NCBI GenBank assembly: GCA_041672585.1
Contig: JBAYZI010000002.1
Span: 1 to 58,410 of the forward strand
Source: Candidatus Cloacimonadales bacterium
GTDB lineage: Bacteria > Cloacimonadota > Cloacimonadia > Cloacimonadales > JAFGVF01
Direction: 5' to 3'
Length of the DNA stretch: 58,410 nucleotides
Shown: piece by piece, positions 19,793-28,875 of the stretch
Layout of the letters: each line of letters starts with the position of its first letter
Numbering within the stretch: the first letter of the stretch is position 1
Program-made: the position numbers and the translations under genes
The notes under the pieces: generated by a model
Told to the model about the DNA's origin: nothing
Seen by the model: the letters and a program-made list of their open reading frames with translations, nothing else
Databases searched by the model: none

Positions 19793-19895
19793 TTATCCCG
19801 CTTGGAATAAACGGGTTCGGTAGGCATTCTTACCCGGGGGCAATTCTGCAAGCAGAATGAGACCCCGGGCTAAACTATGTAATCCCTTTGGGATT
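19793..19895 (-). repeat. Inverted copy of the first ~110 bp of the 178-bp repeat found at 57499 and 57914
   Basis: tacccgggggcaattctgcaagcagaatgagaccccgggcta here is the reverse complement of tagcccggtggtctcattctgcttgcagaattgaccccgggta at 57521-57563, with few changes. The flanking hairpins are conserved in position. Confidence 0.85.
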
Positions 19896-19924
19896 TAAGA
19901 CCAAGCTACCCCCCTGTTGGGAGT

Positions 19925-20043
19925 ATGTAGAGACGCAATATTTTGCGTCTTCTTGATTTAAGAACCACCCCGCCGGAGTACCGGCATCCACCTTCGCTAA
20001 AGCTTCGGAGGATAGACTCCCTCCTTAGAGGGGAATTAAAGAC
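19925..20043. repeat. Copy 1 of a ~118-bp direct repeat made of hairpin modules
   Basis: atgtagagacgcaatattttgcgtcttcttgatttaagaaccaccccgccggagtaccggcatccaccttcgctaaagcttcggaggatagactccctcc...ggggaattaaagac is repeated 206 bp downstream with about 7 differences by eye. Confidence 0.9.
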
Positions 20044-20130
20044 CACACCCCGTCAGCAAAGCTGCCACCCCTCTCCAGAACTTTGCTTCGCAAAGGAAGA
20101 GGGGAATTAAGAACCACCCCGCTAGGGAAT

Positions 20131-20248
20131 ATGTAGAAACGCAACATTTTGCGTCTTCTTAATTTAAGAACCACTCCGCCGGAGTACCGGCATCCACCTT
20201 CGCTAAAGCTTCGGAGGATAGACTCCCTCCACAGAGGGGAATTAAGAC
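20131..20248. repeat. Copy 2 of the ~118-bp direct repeat
   Basis: See copy 1. It contains the same hairpins (agaaacgcaaCATTttgcgtct, ccggAGTAccgg). Confidence 0.9.
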
Positions 20249-20423
20249 TTACATTGCTTCCGCAATGATGCACTCAGGGATACATCGTACGAAGCTTTTA
20301 GCGAAGTAGGATGAGTGCGTTCCCAGTGAAGAGGCTTCGTATTCATCTTAATCTTTCTTCTTCTTTCTTCTTTGTGAAATCTGTGAAATCCGTGGATAAA
20401 GTTCTTTTCTTAATTCTTAATTA

Positions 20424-20915
20424 CTATTCTATCGACCATAGGGAGTAAATCAATGTCCCAGCCACCAGCGAAATTAAGATAGATTTCCACAAGACAATCC
20501 CGCCATCCTGAATAGGCTCTTCTACCAGCTGTGAATAATTCATAGTAGCTTGAACTTGTGATGTCCTGTTATCTACTATTTCGGCTGTAGCTGTGTAAGT
20601 TTCCTGCATTATTTGACGTGAGAAAAGAAAAGAGCGGTGCTTGATTATCTGCACATCTTTTGCGATATTAGGTTGAATAGATTTGGTAGCAAGTGTTTGC
20701 TCCATTCTCAGATCAACGCTGTTATTTCCCAGTGCGTGAATAATATAGGTATCAAATTTACTATTTCCGGAATTGATCAAGTAATAACTTTCAGCACTTT
20801 CTACACTATCTAAAATGAGAGAAAGAAGAGAATCTGCTGCTTCCTGTTGGAAAAAAGATTGAGCAACCAAAAGTGGGGCAGCGAGTAAGAAGATAAGTAC
20901 TAATACTTTGCTCAT
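20424..20915 (-). CDS. Hypothetical exported protein with C-terminal membrane anchor
   Basis: 163 aa with a signal peptide (VLVLIFLLAAPLLVAQS) and a C-terminal hydrophobic helix (ILISLVAGTLIYSLW). No recognisable family. Confidence 0.5.
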   Translation of the reverse strand: MSKVLVLIFLLAAPLLVAQSFFQQEAADSLLSLILDSVESAESYYLINSGNSKFDTYIIHALGNNSVDLRMEQTLATKSIQPNIAKDVQIIKHRSFLFSRQIMQETYTATAEIVDNRTSQVQATMNYSQLVEEPIQDGGIVLWKSILISLVAGTLIYSLWSIE

Positions 20916-20971
20916 TAATTTATTCCTCTTCTAAAAGTTTTTACTTCATCAATACTTTTCATAGAAATATT

Positions 20972-21011
20972 ATCAAAAATACCAGGTGGCAGAATTACTC
21001 CTACCACCCGG
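20972..21011 (-). terminator. Rho-independent terminator candidate downstream of the aminopeptidase gene
   Basis: The minus strand reads ccgggtgg-(14 nt)-ccacctgg followed by tattttt. The arms are at 21004-21011 and 20982-20989. Confidence 0.55.
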
Positions 21012-21021
21012 AATATATATT

Positions 21022-22440
21022 TTAAGCTTTTAACATGAATGCTTTATAGCCTTTGTAGGTACTAAAAACATCAGCTTTGCTTGTTACTTCATAAAGTGAG
21101 TGCATGCCCAAAACACTTGGACCGCAATCGATTACTTCTGCACCAAATTGAGCTAAGAACTTAGCAATAGTTCCTCCGCCACCCTCATCCACTTTGCCTA
21201 AGGTTCCGGTTTGCCAGAATACTTTCTTTTCATTAAAGATTCTGATAACTTCAGCATTGAATTCGGCATTAGCATCACTGGTTCCACCCTTTCCACCGGC
21301 ACCGGTGTATTTTAAAAGAGTTACACCAAAGCCAAGAACAGGAGCGTTTTGCTTTTCATGCACGCTTGGCCAGTTAGGATTAATCGGAGCATTAACATCA
21401 GCAGATAAAACTTTGCTTTTCATTAATGTTTTTCTTAAATTATAGCTACCACAATCTTCACCATTTTGTTTGAGCAGATCACCGATAAAATCAGTAATAA
21501 AGATGGAACTAGCACCGGTATTACCGTCTGAACCAACTTCTTCTTTATCACTAAAATAAACAACAGCAGTTCTTTCTAAATCTTTAGCGTTAATATCAAG
21601 AAGAGCTTTTAAACCTGTGTAAGCACAAACTCTGTCATCTTGACCATAACCCATAATCATTGATCTGTCTAGACCCATTTCTCTAGCTTTACCTGCAGGA
21701 ACTAATTCTAATTCTGCAGAAAGGAAGTCCTCTTCATCAATCCCATATTTCTCATTAAGAAGTTGTAAAACATGAGCTTTAAGTGCTTCTTTCTCATCTT
21801 TATCAGCCACGGGAATGGAACTTATGACTAAGTTTAAGTGGTCTGCAGTAATTGCTTCAGCAAGAGGCTTAGTACTTTGAACTTTTCTGGCAAGGTGAGG
21901 AAGTAAATCAGGGATGATAAAGATTGGATCGTTATCATCTTCACCAATTGTAATATTGATGACTTCACCTGCTTTATTAATCACAATACCATGAATTGCT
22001 AAGGGAGTAGAAACCCATTGATACTTCTTTATACCTCCGTAATAGTGAGTTTTAGCCATACCTAAAGAGCTAGCGCTATCTTCATAAATAGGGTTTTGCT
22101 TTAAGTCAATTTTGGGTGTATCAACATGAGCTGCAACCATATTTACGCCTTCTGATACAGGCTTCTTACCGATAATAGCAAACGCCATTGTTTTGTTCCT
22201 AAAAATAGAGTAAACTTTTTTACCTGCTTTATTAGTGAACATTTCTTTGAAGCCATTAGCTTTTAATGTCTCTTCTGTAACGTTAATAGTCTCTCTTACA
22301 TTTTTACAGTTGTTCAAGAAATTGATATAGTCAGCGGAAAATTCATGAGCAGCTGCAACATCTTTCTTGTCTGCTTCTGTCCAGAAATTCTTACGACTAT
22401 AGGCAAATTTCTTTGTCTCTTTTTTCTCTTTTGTTCCCAT
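21022..22440 (-). CDS. M18 family aminopeptidase
   Basis: 472 aa. The blocks AAHVDTPKIDLK, GYGQDDRVCAY, DKEEVGSDGNTGA and GPSVLGMHS are typical of M18/M42-clan aminopeptidases. Confidence 0.8.
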   Translation of the reverse strand: MGTKEKKETKKFAYSRKNFWTEADKKDVAAAHEFSADYINFLNNCKNVRETINVTEETLKANGFKEMFTNKAGKKVYSIFRNKTMAFAIIGKKPVSEGVNMVAAHVDTPKIDLKQNPIYEDSASSLGMAKTHYYGGIKKYQWVSTPLAIHGIVINKAGEVINITIGEDDNDPIFIIPDLLPHLARKVQSTKPLAEAITADHLNLVISSIPVADKDEKEALKAHVLQLLNEKYGIDEEDFLSAELELVPAGKAREMGLDRSMIMGYGQDDRVCAYTGLKALLDINAKDLERTAVVYFSDKEEVGSDGNTGASSIFITDFIGDLLKQNGEDCGSYNLRKTLMKSKVLSADVNAPINPNWPSVHEKQNAPVLGFGVTLLKYTGAGGKGGTSDANAEFNAEVIRIFNEKKVFWQTGTLGKVDEGGGGTIAKFLAQFGAEVIDCGPSVLGMHSLYEVTSKADVFSTYKGYKAFMLKA

Positions 22441-22467
22441 GTTTACCTCATTATTCTTTCTTTTATC

Positions 22468-22935
22468 TTATTTTATATTTAATATTTTAAATCTTCGTTC
22501 GCCCTTAGGTGCTTTTACTAAAGCGATATCGCCTATGCTTTTGCCAATGAAGCCCTTGCCGATAGGCGATTCTACAGATATTTTGGTAACACCATCTTCA
22601 AAATAGTTCACTTCATCACTTCCTACTAAATAATAGGTAACAATCTCTTCAAAGCCAACTTCTTGTGCTTCAACTACGGCTCCAAATCTGATTTTATCTT
22701 TAGCAATTTTGTCCGGATCTAAAACTTGAACTTTCGAACTTCTTAACTTCAAGTGAGTTACTTCATTATCTATTTCGCGTTGTCGTTCTTTAGCTGATTT
22801 ATACTCAGCATTCTCACTCAAATCACCCATCTCACGGGCTATCGAAATAGCTTTGAGGATCGAGGGGCGTTCAGTTAATAATTCATTAATTCTCTTTTGT
22901 ATTTGGTTCATTCCATAAGGGGTTACGTACTTCAT
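22468..22935 (-). CDS. greA: Transcription elongation factor GreA
   Basis: 155 aa with the GDLSENAEYKSAKERQ coiled-coil signature and a C-terminal FKBP-like domain (SPIGKGFIGK). Confidence 0.9.
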   Translation of the reverse strand: MKYVTPYGMNQIQKRINELLTERPSILKAISIAREMGDLSENAEYKSAKERQREIDNEVTHLKLRSSKVQVLDPDKIAKDKIRFGAVVEAQEVGFEEIVTYYLVGSDEVNYFEDGVTKISVESPIGKGFIGKSIGDIALVKAPKGERRFKILNIK

Positions 22936-23756
22936 TTCTTTCCTTTATTCTTAAGTCTGAGAAGGTTTTTATAGGCGGTAACAGCACATTTCTTAAGACG
23001 TGCATTACCACTTTTAGTCCACTCTTCTACAATCTTATCTATATTTTTATCATAAAAGCTGATACTTCCGGTAAGAATCTCTATAATATCAGGATCGCGA
23101 CTATTATCGTAAAAGTCAAAAGTATCTAAATAGAGTTCTTTATCAATTTTAGCTATCTCTTTAAAGAAAAGAGACAGGCTTTTAATCATCTCCGGCGTGG
23201 CATTAATCCATCTGTTTTCCAGATGTCTAAGCACAGGTTTAGCGTATTCAGGTCTTGATTTGATGAATTTAGTCAGGGTCTTGAAAATGATCAATTGAAG
23301 CTCTAGATCATCTTCAGAAATCCATTTATAAGCAGTTGCGAGGTATTTATCCGGATATTTCTTTAAGAGCGGAAAGAATATTTTATCCACAAGCAATGCT
23401 TTATCTCTTTCGTCTTTAGCATCGTTGATGAATTCCTTCATTTTAGCAAAATATCTTGCTTTATCTTTAGCATAGATTTTATTTATTATTATGCATAAAA
23501 TAAACTTGCCGTTGTCCTGACCTTCATGCCATAAATAATTCAAAAAGTCTTGGTGAAGCTCATGTTCTTTTTCAATATACACAGCAAGTTCTTTTGCTAC
23601 AAGAGTAAGAACTTCATTAGGGATATCATTGTTTGCATCCCTTACCGGATAAGCGTTATAAATCACATCAAAACGATAATTCTGTTTCGGTAGGTTAATC
23701 TTAAAGAACTCTTCGGCATCTTTAATCAATCTTTCTTTCCAATCTAATGATATCAC
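22932..23756 (-). CDS. Hypothetical all-helical protein (HEAT/ARM-like repeats?)
   Basis: 274 aa with no signal peptide and helix-rich composition. It has a 4-nt overlap with greA and lies 14 nt downstream of the S8 protease gene. Function is not recognisable. Confidence 0.45.
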   Translation of the reverse strand: MISLDWKERLIKDAEEFFKINLPKQNYRFDVIYNAYPVRDANNDIPNEVLTLVAKELAVYIEKEHELHQDFLNYLWHEGQDNGKFILCIIINKIYAKDKARYFAKMKEFINDAKDERDKALLVDKIFFPLLKKYPDKYLATAYKWISEDDLELQLIIFKTLTKFIKSRPEYAKPVLRHLENRWINATPEMIKSLSLFFKEIAKIDKELYLDTFDFYDNSRDPDIIEILTGSISFYDKNIDKIVEEWTKSGNARLKKCAVTAYKNLLRLKNKGKK

Positions 23757-23770
23757 TATAATCTCCTTAT

Positions 23771-26700
23771 CTAATGTAAAATAGCTATTTTCCCTTTAGT
23801 GTTTGAACTGCCCATGTTGATCACATAGAAGTAAACTCCTGAAGAGACTCTTTGTCCACTGTTGTTATTAAGATTCCAACTGAAATCATCATTACCGTAA
23901 AACGGTCCTACTTTTTTAGAAAAGACAAGGTCTCCGGCTTTGTTATAAATTGAGATATTACCTTTGGAGTTTAAAGGGAAATTTGTGAATCTAATCTCAT
24001 TTTTGCCAGTCCTAAGATATTTAGGATTTGGATATACTACCAACTTTGACAAATCGGTAATATCTGTCAAGTTGAAATAGATAGTACTAAGTTGAGGTAA
24101 TATCTGATTTGCATTACTATCTATAATATTATTAATTATAATTTTGTAGGGTTGATTACTATATTGCAGTTCATGAGAGAAATTAACCAGAACTTCATTA
24201 TTGTCATGCACAATACTCTTTAAGGTGGTAGAGATATCATTTGCGGGGTTTTTCAATCTAAAGTTGTCTATCGTAACCGGTTGAAAATCTTCAGAATAGA
24301 TATTTTCCGAGAAGATGAGCTTAACTTGCTGTTTGTTAATTATCTCAATTAATTCAACCACGGGAGCAATTACATCTTCAAGATTGGTAAAGTCAGCTGT
24401 TAACTCTTCTGCTATAATCTCATTTCGCGAAATTACTTGTGAGCAGGTTAGAGTGTATTCCGGTTCGGTAAGTCCTTCTCTAAGTCTGAGAATAGCTCGC
24501 TTAAAATGACTATCTAAGATGACAGAGTGAGGGTTGCCGATTCCTTGATCAATAGAATAATGTCCTATTTGAATCATTTCGTTGGCAAGCGAAACATTGA
24601 ATTTAACTTCAAGATAGTAATCACTAATCTTTTTGACATTTATGATCTGCGGTTGTTCGTTAGGGGTAACACTTTTCCAAACAGTCAGGAAGCTTTCAGG
24701 GTTAGTGAAACTAGCGTTAAAGGTGCTAACTGCATACTTATACTCTTCATTAGTTACTAAATTTTCATCCAGGAATTCACCGCTTGAAGTTTGGAAAATA
24801 ACCTCTTGAATATCATTATAGAGACGGTAAATCTTGTATTGAGAAACGCCATCAGCATCCCAAGTTAGCTTGGCGGTATGTTCATCACGTGGAACAGCAT
24901 GGAAGTTATTCGGAACTTCCGGTTCGTTGGCAAAGTCGCGAGCAGAGAGATAAACAGTCTGTATTTCTCCATCTATAAGTTGATTACAGAGAATTAGTGG
25001 CTGAGAATTATTTTCCTCTTGATAGATACTAATTTGGAAAGAGTCGCGTGAATTATGCACAGCAGTGGGGGTTAGTTTCCCGTCAAGATATTCAAGCTTA
25101 TAAAGATAGGGGGTAAGAGAAAGATAGATTTCATCTTTACCATCATTATCACTATCAAAAATCACCAGAGAGTTGTTCTTGCCAACACTGTCAAAAGAGA
25201 TCGTATCGAGTATTTGATAGCTGTTATTGGCATCAGATTTAAACAAGAAAAATTTAAAATAGGTGCTATTCATATTCTCAAGGTTTTCGGTATAACCACC
25301 AACAATGAATTCATTCCTGCCATCACCTGTAATATCCCCATAATCTAGATAATAAGCATTGCGGACATCAAGTCTATAACTCCAGCTCAAGTGATTTTCA
25401 ACTGCCGGATTCATTTCATAGATCATGACGTCGCCATCAGTATCAGCAGTTAAGATATCCGGGAAATTATCACCATCAAGGTCAGCACATTTTATCCACG
25501 GTACAAAAGTATTACGGGCGAAAGTTGGGGAGGTGTTGAGTAGTCTTCCTTTTTCAGTAAAGCCTTGAGATTGTCTTTGTAGCAGTTGAATCACAGATTG
25601 AGCAGGTTCATTAACTACGCAAATAAGATCATCTCTGCCATTATTATTGTAGTCGGCAAATATTCCTCCGGAACCATTAGCAATAGATTGAATATAGGAG
25701 TCGTGAGGATAATTACTCTCTGCATAAGTTTCATAAATATAGAGAGTTTCTAATCTCAATCCCAGAATTTCGTTACCAAAAGTGTTGGTGTTGCCGATGT
25801 CTAAGGGGCGAAACTGGTCTTTAAAAGTGTGCTTGATAATTAACTCAGTTCCATTCTTCTCATAAATATTAACCTCTCCGAAGCTACCTTCTTCAATGGT
25901 CATAGCGATGAATTCATTCTTTCCATTACCGTCAAAGTCTAGATATTTCTTGGTTGGAATGGTATTTGTGGAGATGAAAGGAGTAACATCAAACTTATTT
26001 ATAGGTGTGGAATTATAGTTTACGGAACCGATTTCTGTTAATAATCCGGAGTTGTAGATTAAACCACTTCTGTTCCGAGCTTCAATTTCGACATCAATCA
26101 GTCCGTTGCTCATAGTGTTAGGAAGTGCCACAAAGAGAACAGAATCTGGGACATTACTAAAAGCGTGAAACAGTTGATTATTGCTATCATAAATCTTAGC
26201 TGTTACATCAACGTTTTCATTAAAATGGCATTTCAAATAATGAGCTTTGCTAGTGGATTTATAACGTGTTACAAGCTCAAAATCTTTGGTTGGATTTGGT
26301 AAGGATTTGTCGATATAAACATTCCTTAAGATATTAAATACTTTTCCACTACTATTCTGAACTGATAATCTGATTCTGTAGTTGCCATCTTGGAACTCAG
26401 GATAGACATTAAAATTATGCAACACTCCATCTTCAGGAAGAACTTTTACATATTCAGGAATGTTTCTATGAGTTTGGCAATCTAGCCAGACTAAATTCCC
26501 TGTTTCATTTCCGGGGGAATAGGTAACCGAGTAGCGGAAGAAGTCGTCAATAGTAATACTTCCTTTGATTGGGAAGGAAGAGCTTTGTCCCATCTCTTCA
26601 TAAGGGTAAGAAATGGAAATATCAGGGGCTGAATAGGTACTAAGAAGATTATAAGCGTTGATCAAGCCATAACCATACTTTTCATTAAAGCCGGTTTCAA

Positions 26701-27940
26701 TGCTATTAAGAGGCAGGTGTTCTGCAGTAGAATAGAGCAAAGCCTTTACTTCTTCAAAGGTGATACCGGGGCGTTGAGCAAGGAGAAGTCCTATAATTCC
26801 CGCAGCATATGGCGAGGACATAGAAGTGCCGGACATTTGGGTATAACCTGTGTTATCTCCTTCCATACTATAGGTACTTAAAATATCAGAACCGGGAGCT
26901 ACGATGTCTAATTCAGGACCGTAACTGGAGAAGCTGGAGAGGGTTTTAAACTCATTGATAGAACCGACAGAAATAACAGTTGATAATTTGGCTGGATAAC
27001 TGATAAAAGGTCCCGGATCATTACCTGCTGAAGCTACTAAAATCACTCCTCTATCATAGGCATATTGACAAGCATCAGCAATGATAGGAGAGTATTGAGG
27101 TGAACCCCAGCTCATATTAATAATGTTAGCTCCCATATCAGTGGCGTAAATAATAGCTGCAGAGACGTCATCATCTTGCAGGTAACCACCACCCGAAGCT
27201 GTTCTAAACCCTGCCCTAACAGGCAAGATTCTCACGTTCCAAAGAACACCTGCTATGCCAATTCCATTATTTACTTCAGCACCAATAATTCCGCTCACAT
27301 GAGTGCCGTGGAAATTCTCATCAGAAGCATCATTATCTCTTACTGTATAATCACCTAAAGCAATGTTGTGAAGAGTAGGAGCATCTGTGAAATCCCACCC
27401 GCGATAATCATCTATGTAGCCGTTATTATCATCATCTACACCGGAATTAGGGACTTCATTCTCATTCTTAAAGATAACATTCATCAAATCCGGATGATCA
27501 TATAAGATTCCGGAGTCAACTACTGCTATAATAATATCCTCATCACCGGTAGTATAAACCCATGCTTCTGCAATCTCGCAAAGCTTATGTCGTTGCTGAT
27601 TGAATAAAGGGTCGTTAACAGTACCATGTTGTTCATTGAGATAGTTAGGTTGAATATATTCAATTTGAGAGAAGGAGTTTCTTTTGGACTCTATTTCAGC
27701 TAAAGGTATCTCTTGATCAGTCTCAATTACATAGAATTGATTAGCACTTTTACTGGTTACAGGTGTGATTTTACTGATTCCATACTCACTTAACCAACTG
27801 TTCAAAGCAGGGATCATTTGCAAATCTAAGGCTGCCCGCGAACTGTTTAATTTAACAATAACTTCTCGTGGAGAAAAAGCCACACCGCAAAGTGTAAGAA
27901 TTCCTAAAATTGCAATTAGTACCAGAATTACCTTTTTCAT
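23771..27940 (-). CDS. Secreted subtilisin-like (S8) serine protease with FG-GAP/VCBS-type repeats, Fn3-like region and T9SS-type C-terminal sorting domain
   Basis: 1389 aa with a signal peptide. The catalytic triad blocks are AVVDSGI (Asp), HGTHVSGIIGA (His) and GTSMSSPYAAG (Ser). Repeated Ca-binding-like loops occur (DFDGNGKNEF, DLDGDNFPDIL, DITGDGRNEFIV, DSDNDGKDEIY). The C-terminal 89 aa read VYPNP...IYNKAGDLV...SGVYFYVI...KIAILH. Confidence 0.9.
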   Translation of the reverse strand: MKKVILVLIAILGILTLCGVAFSPREVIVKLNSSRAALDLQMIPALNSWLSEYGISKITPVTSKSANQFYVIETDQEIPLAEIESKRNSFSQIEYIQPNYLNEQHGTVNDPLFNQQRHKLCEIAEAWVYTTGDEDIIIAVVDSGILYDHPDLMNVIFKNENEVPNSGVDDDNNGYIDDYRGWDFTDAPTLHNIALGDYTVRDNDASDENFHGTHVSGIIGAEVNNGIGIAGVLWNVRILPVRAGFRTASGGGYLQDDDVSAAIIYATDMGANIINMSWGSPQYSPIIADACQYAYDRGVILVASAGNDPGPFISYPAKLSTVISVGSINEFKTLSSFSSYGPELDIVAPGSDILSTYSMEGDNTGYTQMSGTSMSSPYAAGIIGLLLAQRPGITFEEVKALLYSTAEHLPLNSIETGFNEKYGYGLINAYNLLSTYSAPDISISYPYEEMGQSSSFPIKGSITIDDFFRYSVTYSPGNETGNLVWLDCQTHRNIPEYVKVLPEDGVLHNFNVYPEFQDGNYRIRLSVQNSSGKVFNILRNVYIDKSLPNPTKDFELVTRYKSTSKAHYLKCHFNENVDVTAKIYDSNNQLFHAFSNVPDSVLFVALPNTMSNGLIDVEIEARNRSGLIYNSGLLTEIGSVNYNSTPINKFDVTPFISTNTIPTKKYLDFDGNGKNEFIAMTIEEGSFGEVNIYEKNGTELIIKHTFKDQFRPLDIGNTNTFGNEILGLRLETLYIYETYAESNYPHDSYIQSIANGSGGIFADYNNNGRDDLICVVNEPAQSVIQLLQRQSQGFTEKGRLLNTSPTFARNTFVPWIKCADLDGDNFPDILTADTDGDVMIYEMNPAVENHLSWSYRLDVRNAYYLDYGDITGDGRNEFIVGGYTENLENMNSTYFKFFLFKSDANNSYQILDTISFDSVGKNNSLVIFDSDNDGKDEIYLSLTPYLYKLEYLDGKLTPTAVHNSRDSFQISIYQEENNSQPLILCNQLIDGEIQTVYLSARDFANEPEVPNNFHAVPRDEHTAKLTWDADGVSQYKIYRLYNDIQEVIFQTSSGEFLDENLVTNEEYKYAVSTFNASFTNPESFLTVWKSVTPNEQPQIINVKKISDYYLEVKFNVSLANEMIQIGHYSIDQGIGNPHSVILDSHFKRAILRLREGLTEPEYTLTCSQVISRNEIIAEELTADFTNLEDVIAPVVELIEIINKQQVKLIFSENIYSEDFQPVTIDNFRLKNPANDISTTLKSIVHDNNEVLVNFSHELQYSNQPYKIIINNIIDSNANQILPQLSTIYFNLTDITDLSKLVVYPNPKYLRTGKNEIRFTNFPLNSKGNISIYNKAGDLVFSKKVGPFYGNDDFSWNLNNNSGQRVSSGVYFYVINMGSSNTKGKIAILH

Positions 27941-27955
27941 AACTAAAATATTTCC

Positions 27956-28861
27956 TTAGAATTTGTATGAGAGACTTATTTTATGGACATTATCAAAATC
28001 ATTAGTCATTTGCAAATAAGCATAATCAACATTGAAAGAATCATAATCAATACCTATGCCGAAACTTAAATCGTTGGTATCATTATTTATTTTGTAACCG
28101 CCTCTGAGATAGAGAATCTCAAATGTTTTAACTTGGAAACCAAAGTTGTAGGCGACATCTGTATCTAAAGATTTATGCACTTTAGCATCAAAAGCCAAAT
28201 CATAATGGGCAAGGAAAAGTTCTTTAAGAACCCCAACCTCATAATTCACAGGTAGGTCAATCTTCTCTTTATCCATTTTGCCGGTACTGCCCAGGTTCTT
28301 TACAGCACTATAAAGCTTTAAATCTTTTAACGGGGTTGCCCAAGCATAACCTAAATCGGCTGAAAATCCAATACTTGAAGCAGTGTGTATCTTCTCATAT
28401 AGCATTTTGGTGTTGATCCCAAAGTAGTGAGTTGCTCCTAATCTGTAACCATAGTTAATAGTACCAATGAAATCAACCGGATGGAATTCACCCACAATTT
28501 CACCTGTCTCTGTTCTCTGTTCCATCTTGCCATAGCTGAGCTGTTGAAAACCAAAGCCCCAATGGTACTTTCTTTTATTAAGAGAATAGCCACCACTTAT
28601 GATATTTATATCTGAAAGCCAAAAGTTTTGCGAAACAGTTATTATTCTGCTTCTATTAAACAATCCGGCGACAGGATTATTCATAAAGCTCAGACCGTCA
28701 TCAGTAGCTAATGCTCCTGTGTCACCCATACCTGACATACTTGGACTGGAGTTGATCTCTAAGATTTGAAAGCCATATTCTAAGGCATTATCGTGTTGCG
28801 CATATAGTGAACAAGCAATAACAATAAATGTTATTAGTAGGACAAATTTTATCTTTTTCAT
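27956..28861 (-). CDS. Outer-membrane beta-barrel protein, PorV/PorQ-like (T9SS shuttle family)
   Basis: 301 aa with a signal peptide. The N-terminal block FQILEINSSPSMSGMGDTGALATDDGLSFMNNPVAGL resembles the PorV/PorQ family signature. The sequence has an alternating beta-strand pattern and a terminal aromatic residue (SLSYKF). Confidence 0.5.
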   Translation of the reverse strand: MKKIKFVLLITFIVIACSLYAQHDNALEYGFQILEINSSPSMSGMGDTGALATDDGLSFMNNPVAGLFNRSRIITVSQNFWLSDINIISGGYSLNKRKYHWGFGFQQLSYGKMEQRTETGEIVGEFHPVDFIGTINYGYRLGATHYFGINTKMLYEKIHTASSIGFSADLGYAWATPLKDLKLYSAVKNLGSTGKMDKEKIDLPVNYEVGVLKELFLAHYDLAFDAKVHKSLDTDVAYNFGFQVKTFEILYLRGGYKINNDTNDLSFGIGIDYDSFNVDYAYLQMTNDFDNVHKISLSYKF

Positions 28862-28875
28862 ATATTATTTCCTCT

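Noticed and set aside
19925-20248. A possible CRISPR array, because of regularly spaced direct repeats in non-coding DNA.
   Set aside because: There are only two long (118-bp) copies, and the segment between them is itself made of repeated words. There are no unique spacers of constant length and no cas genes in the window.
20025-20273. An 82-aa ORF on the minus strand inside the repeat region. The ORFs at 6092-6283, 12439-12630, 44022-44210 and 57670-57882 are similar cases.
   Set aside because: They read straight through hairpin repeat modules, lack a Shine-Dalgarno sequence and have Pro/Gly/Arg/Ser-rich composition dictated by the GC-rich repeats. They are most likely not genes.
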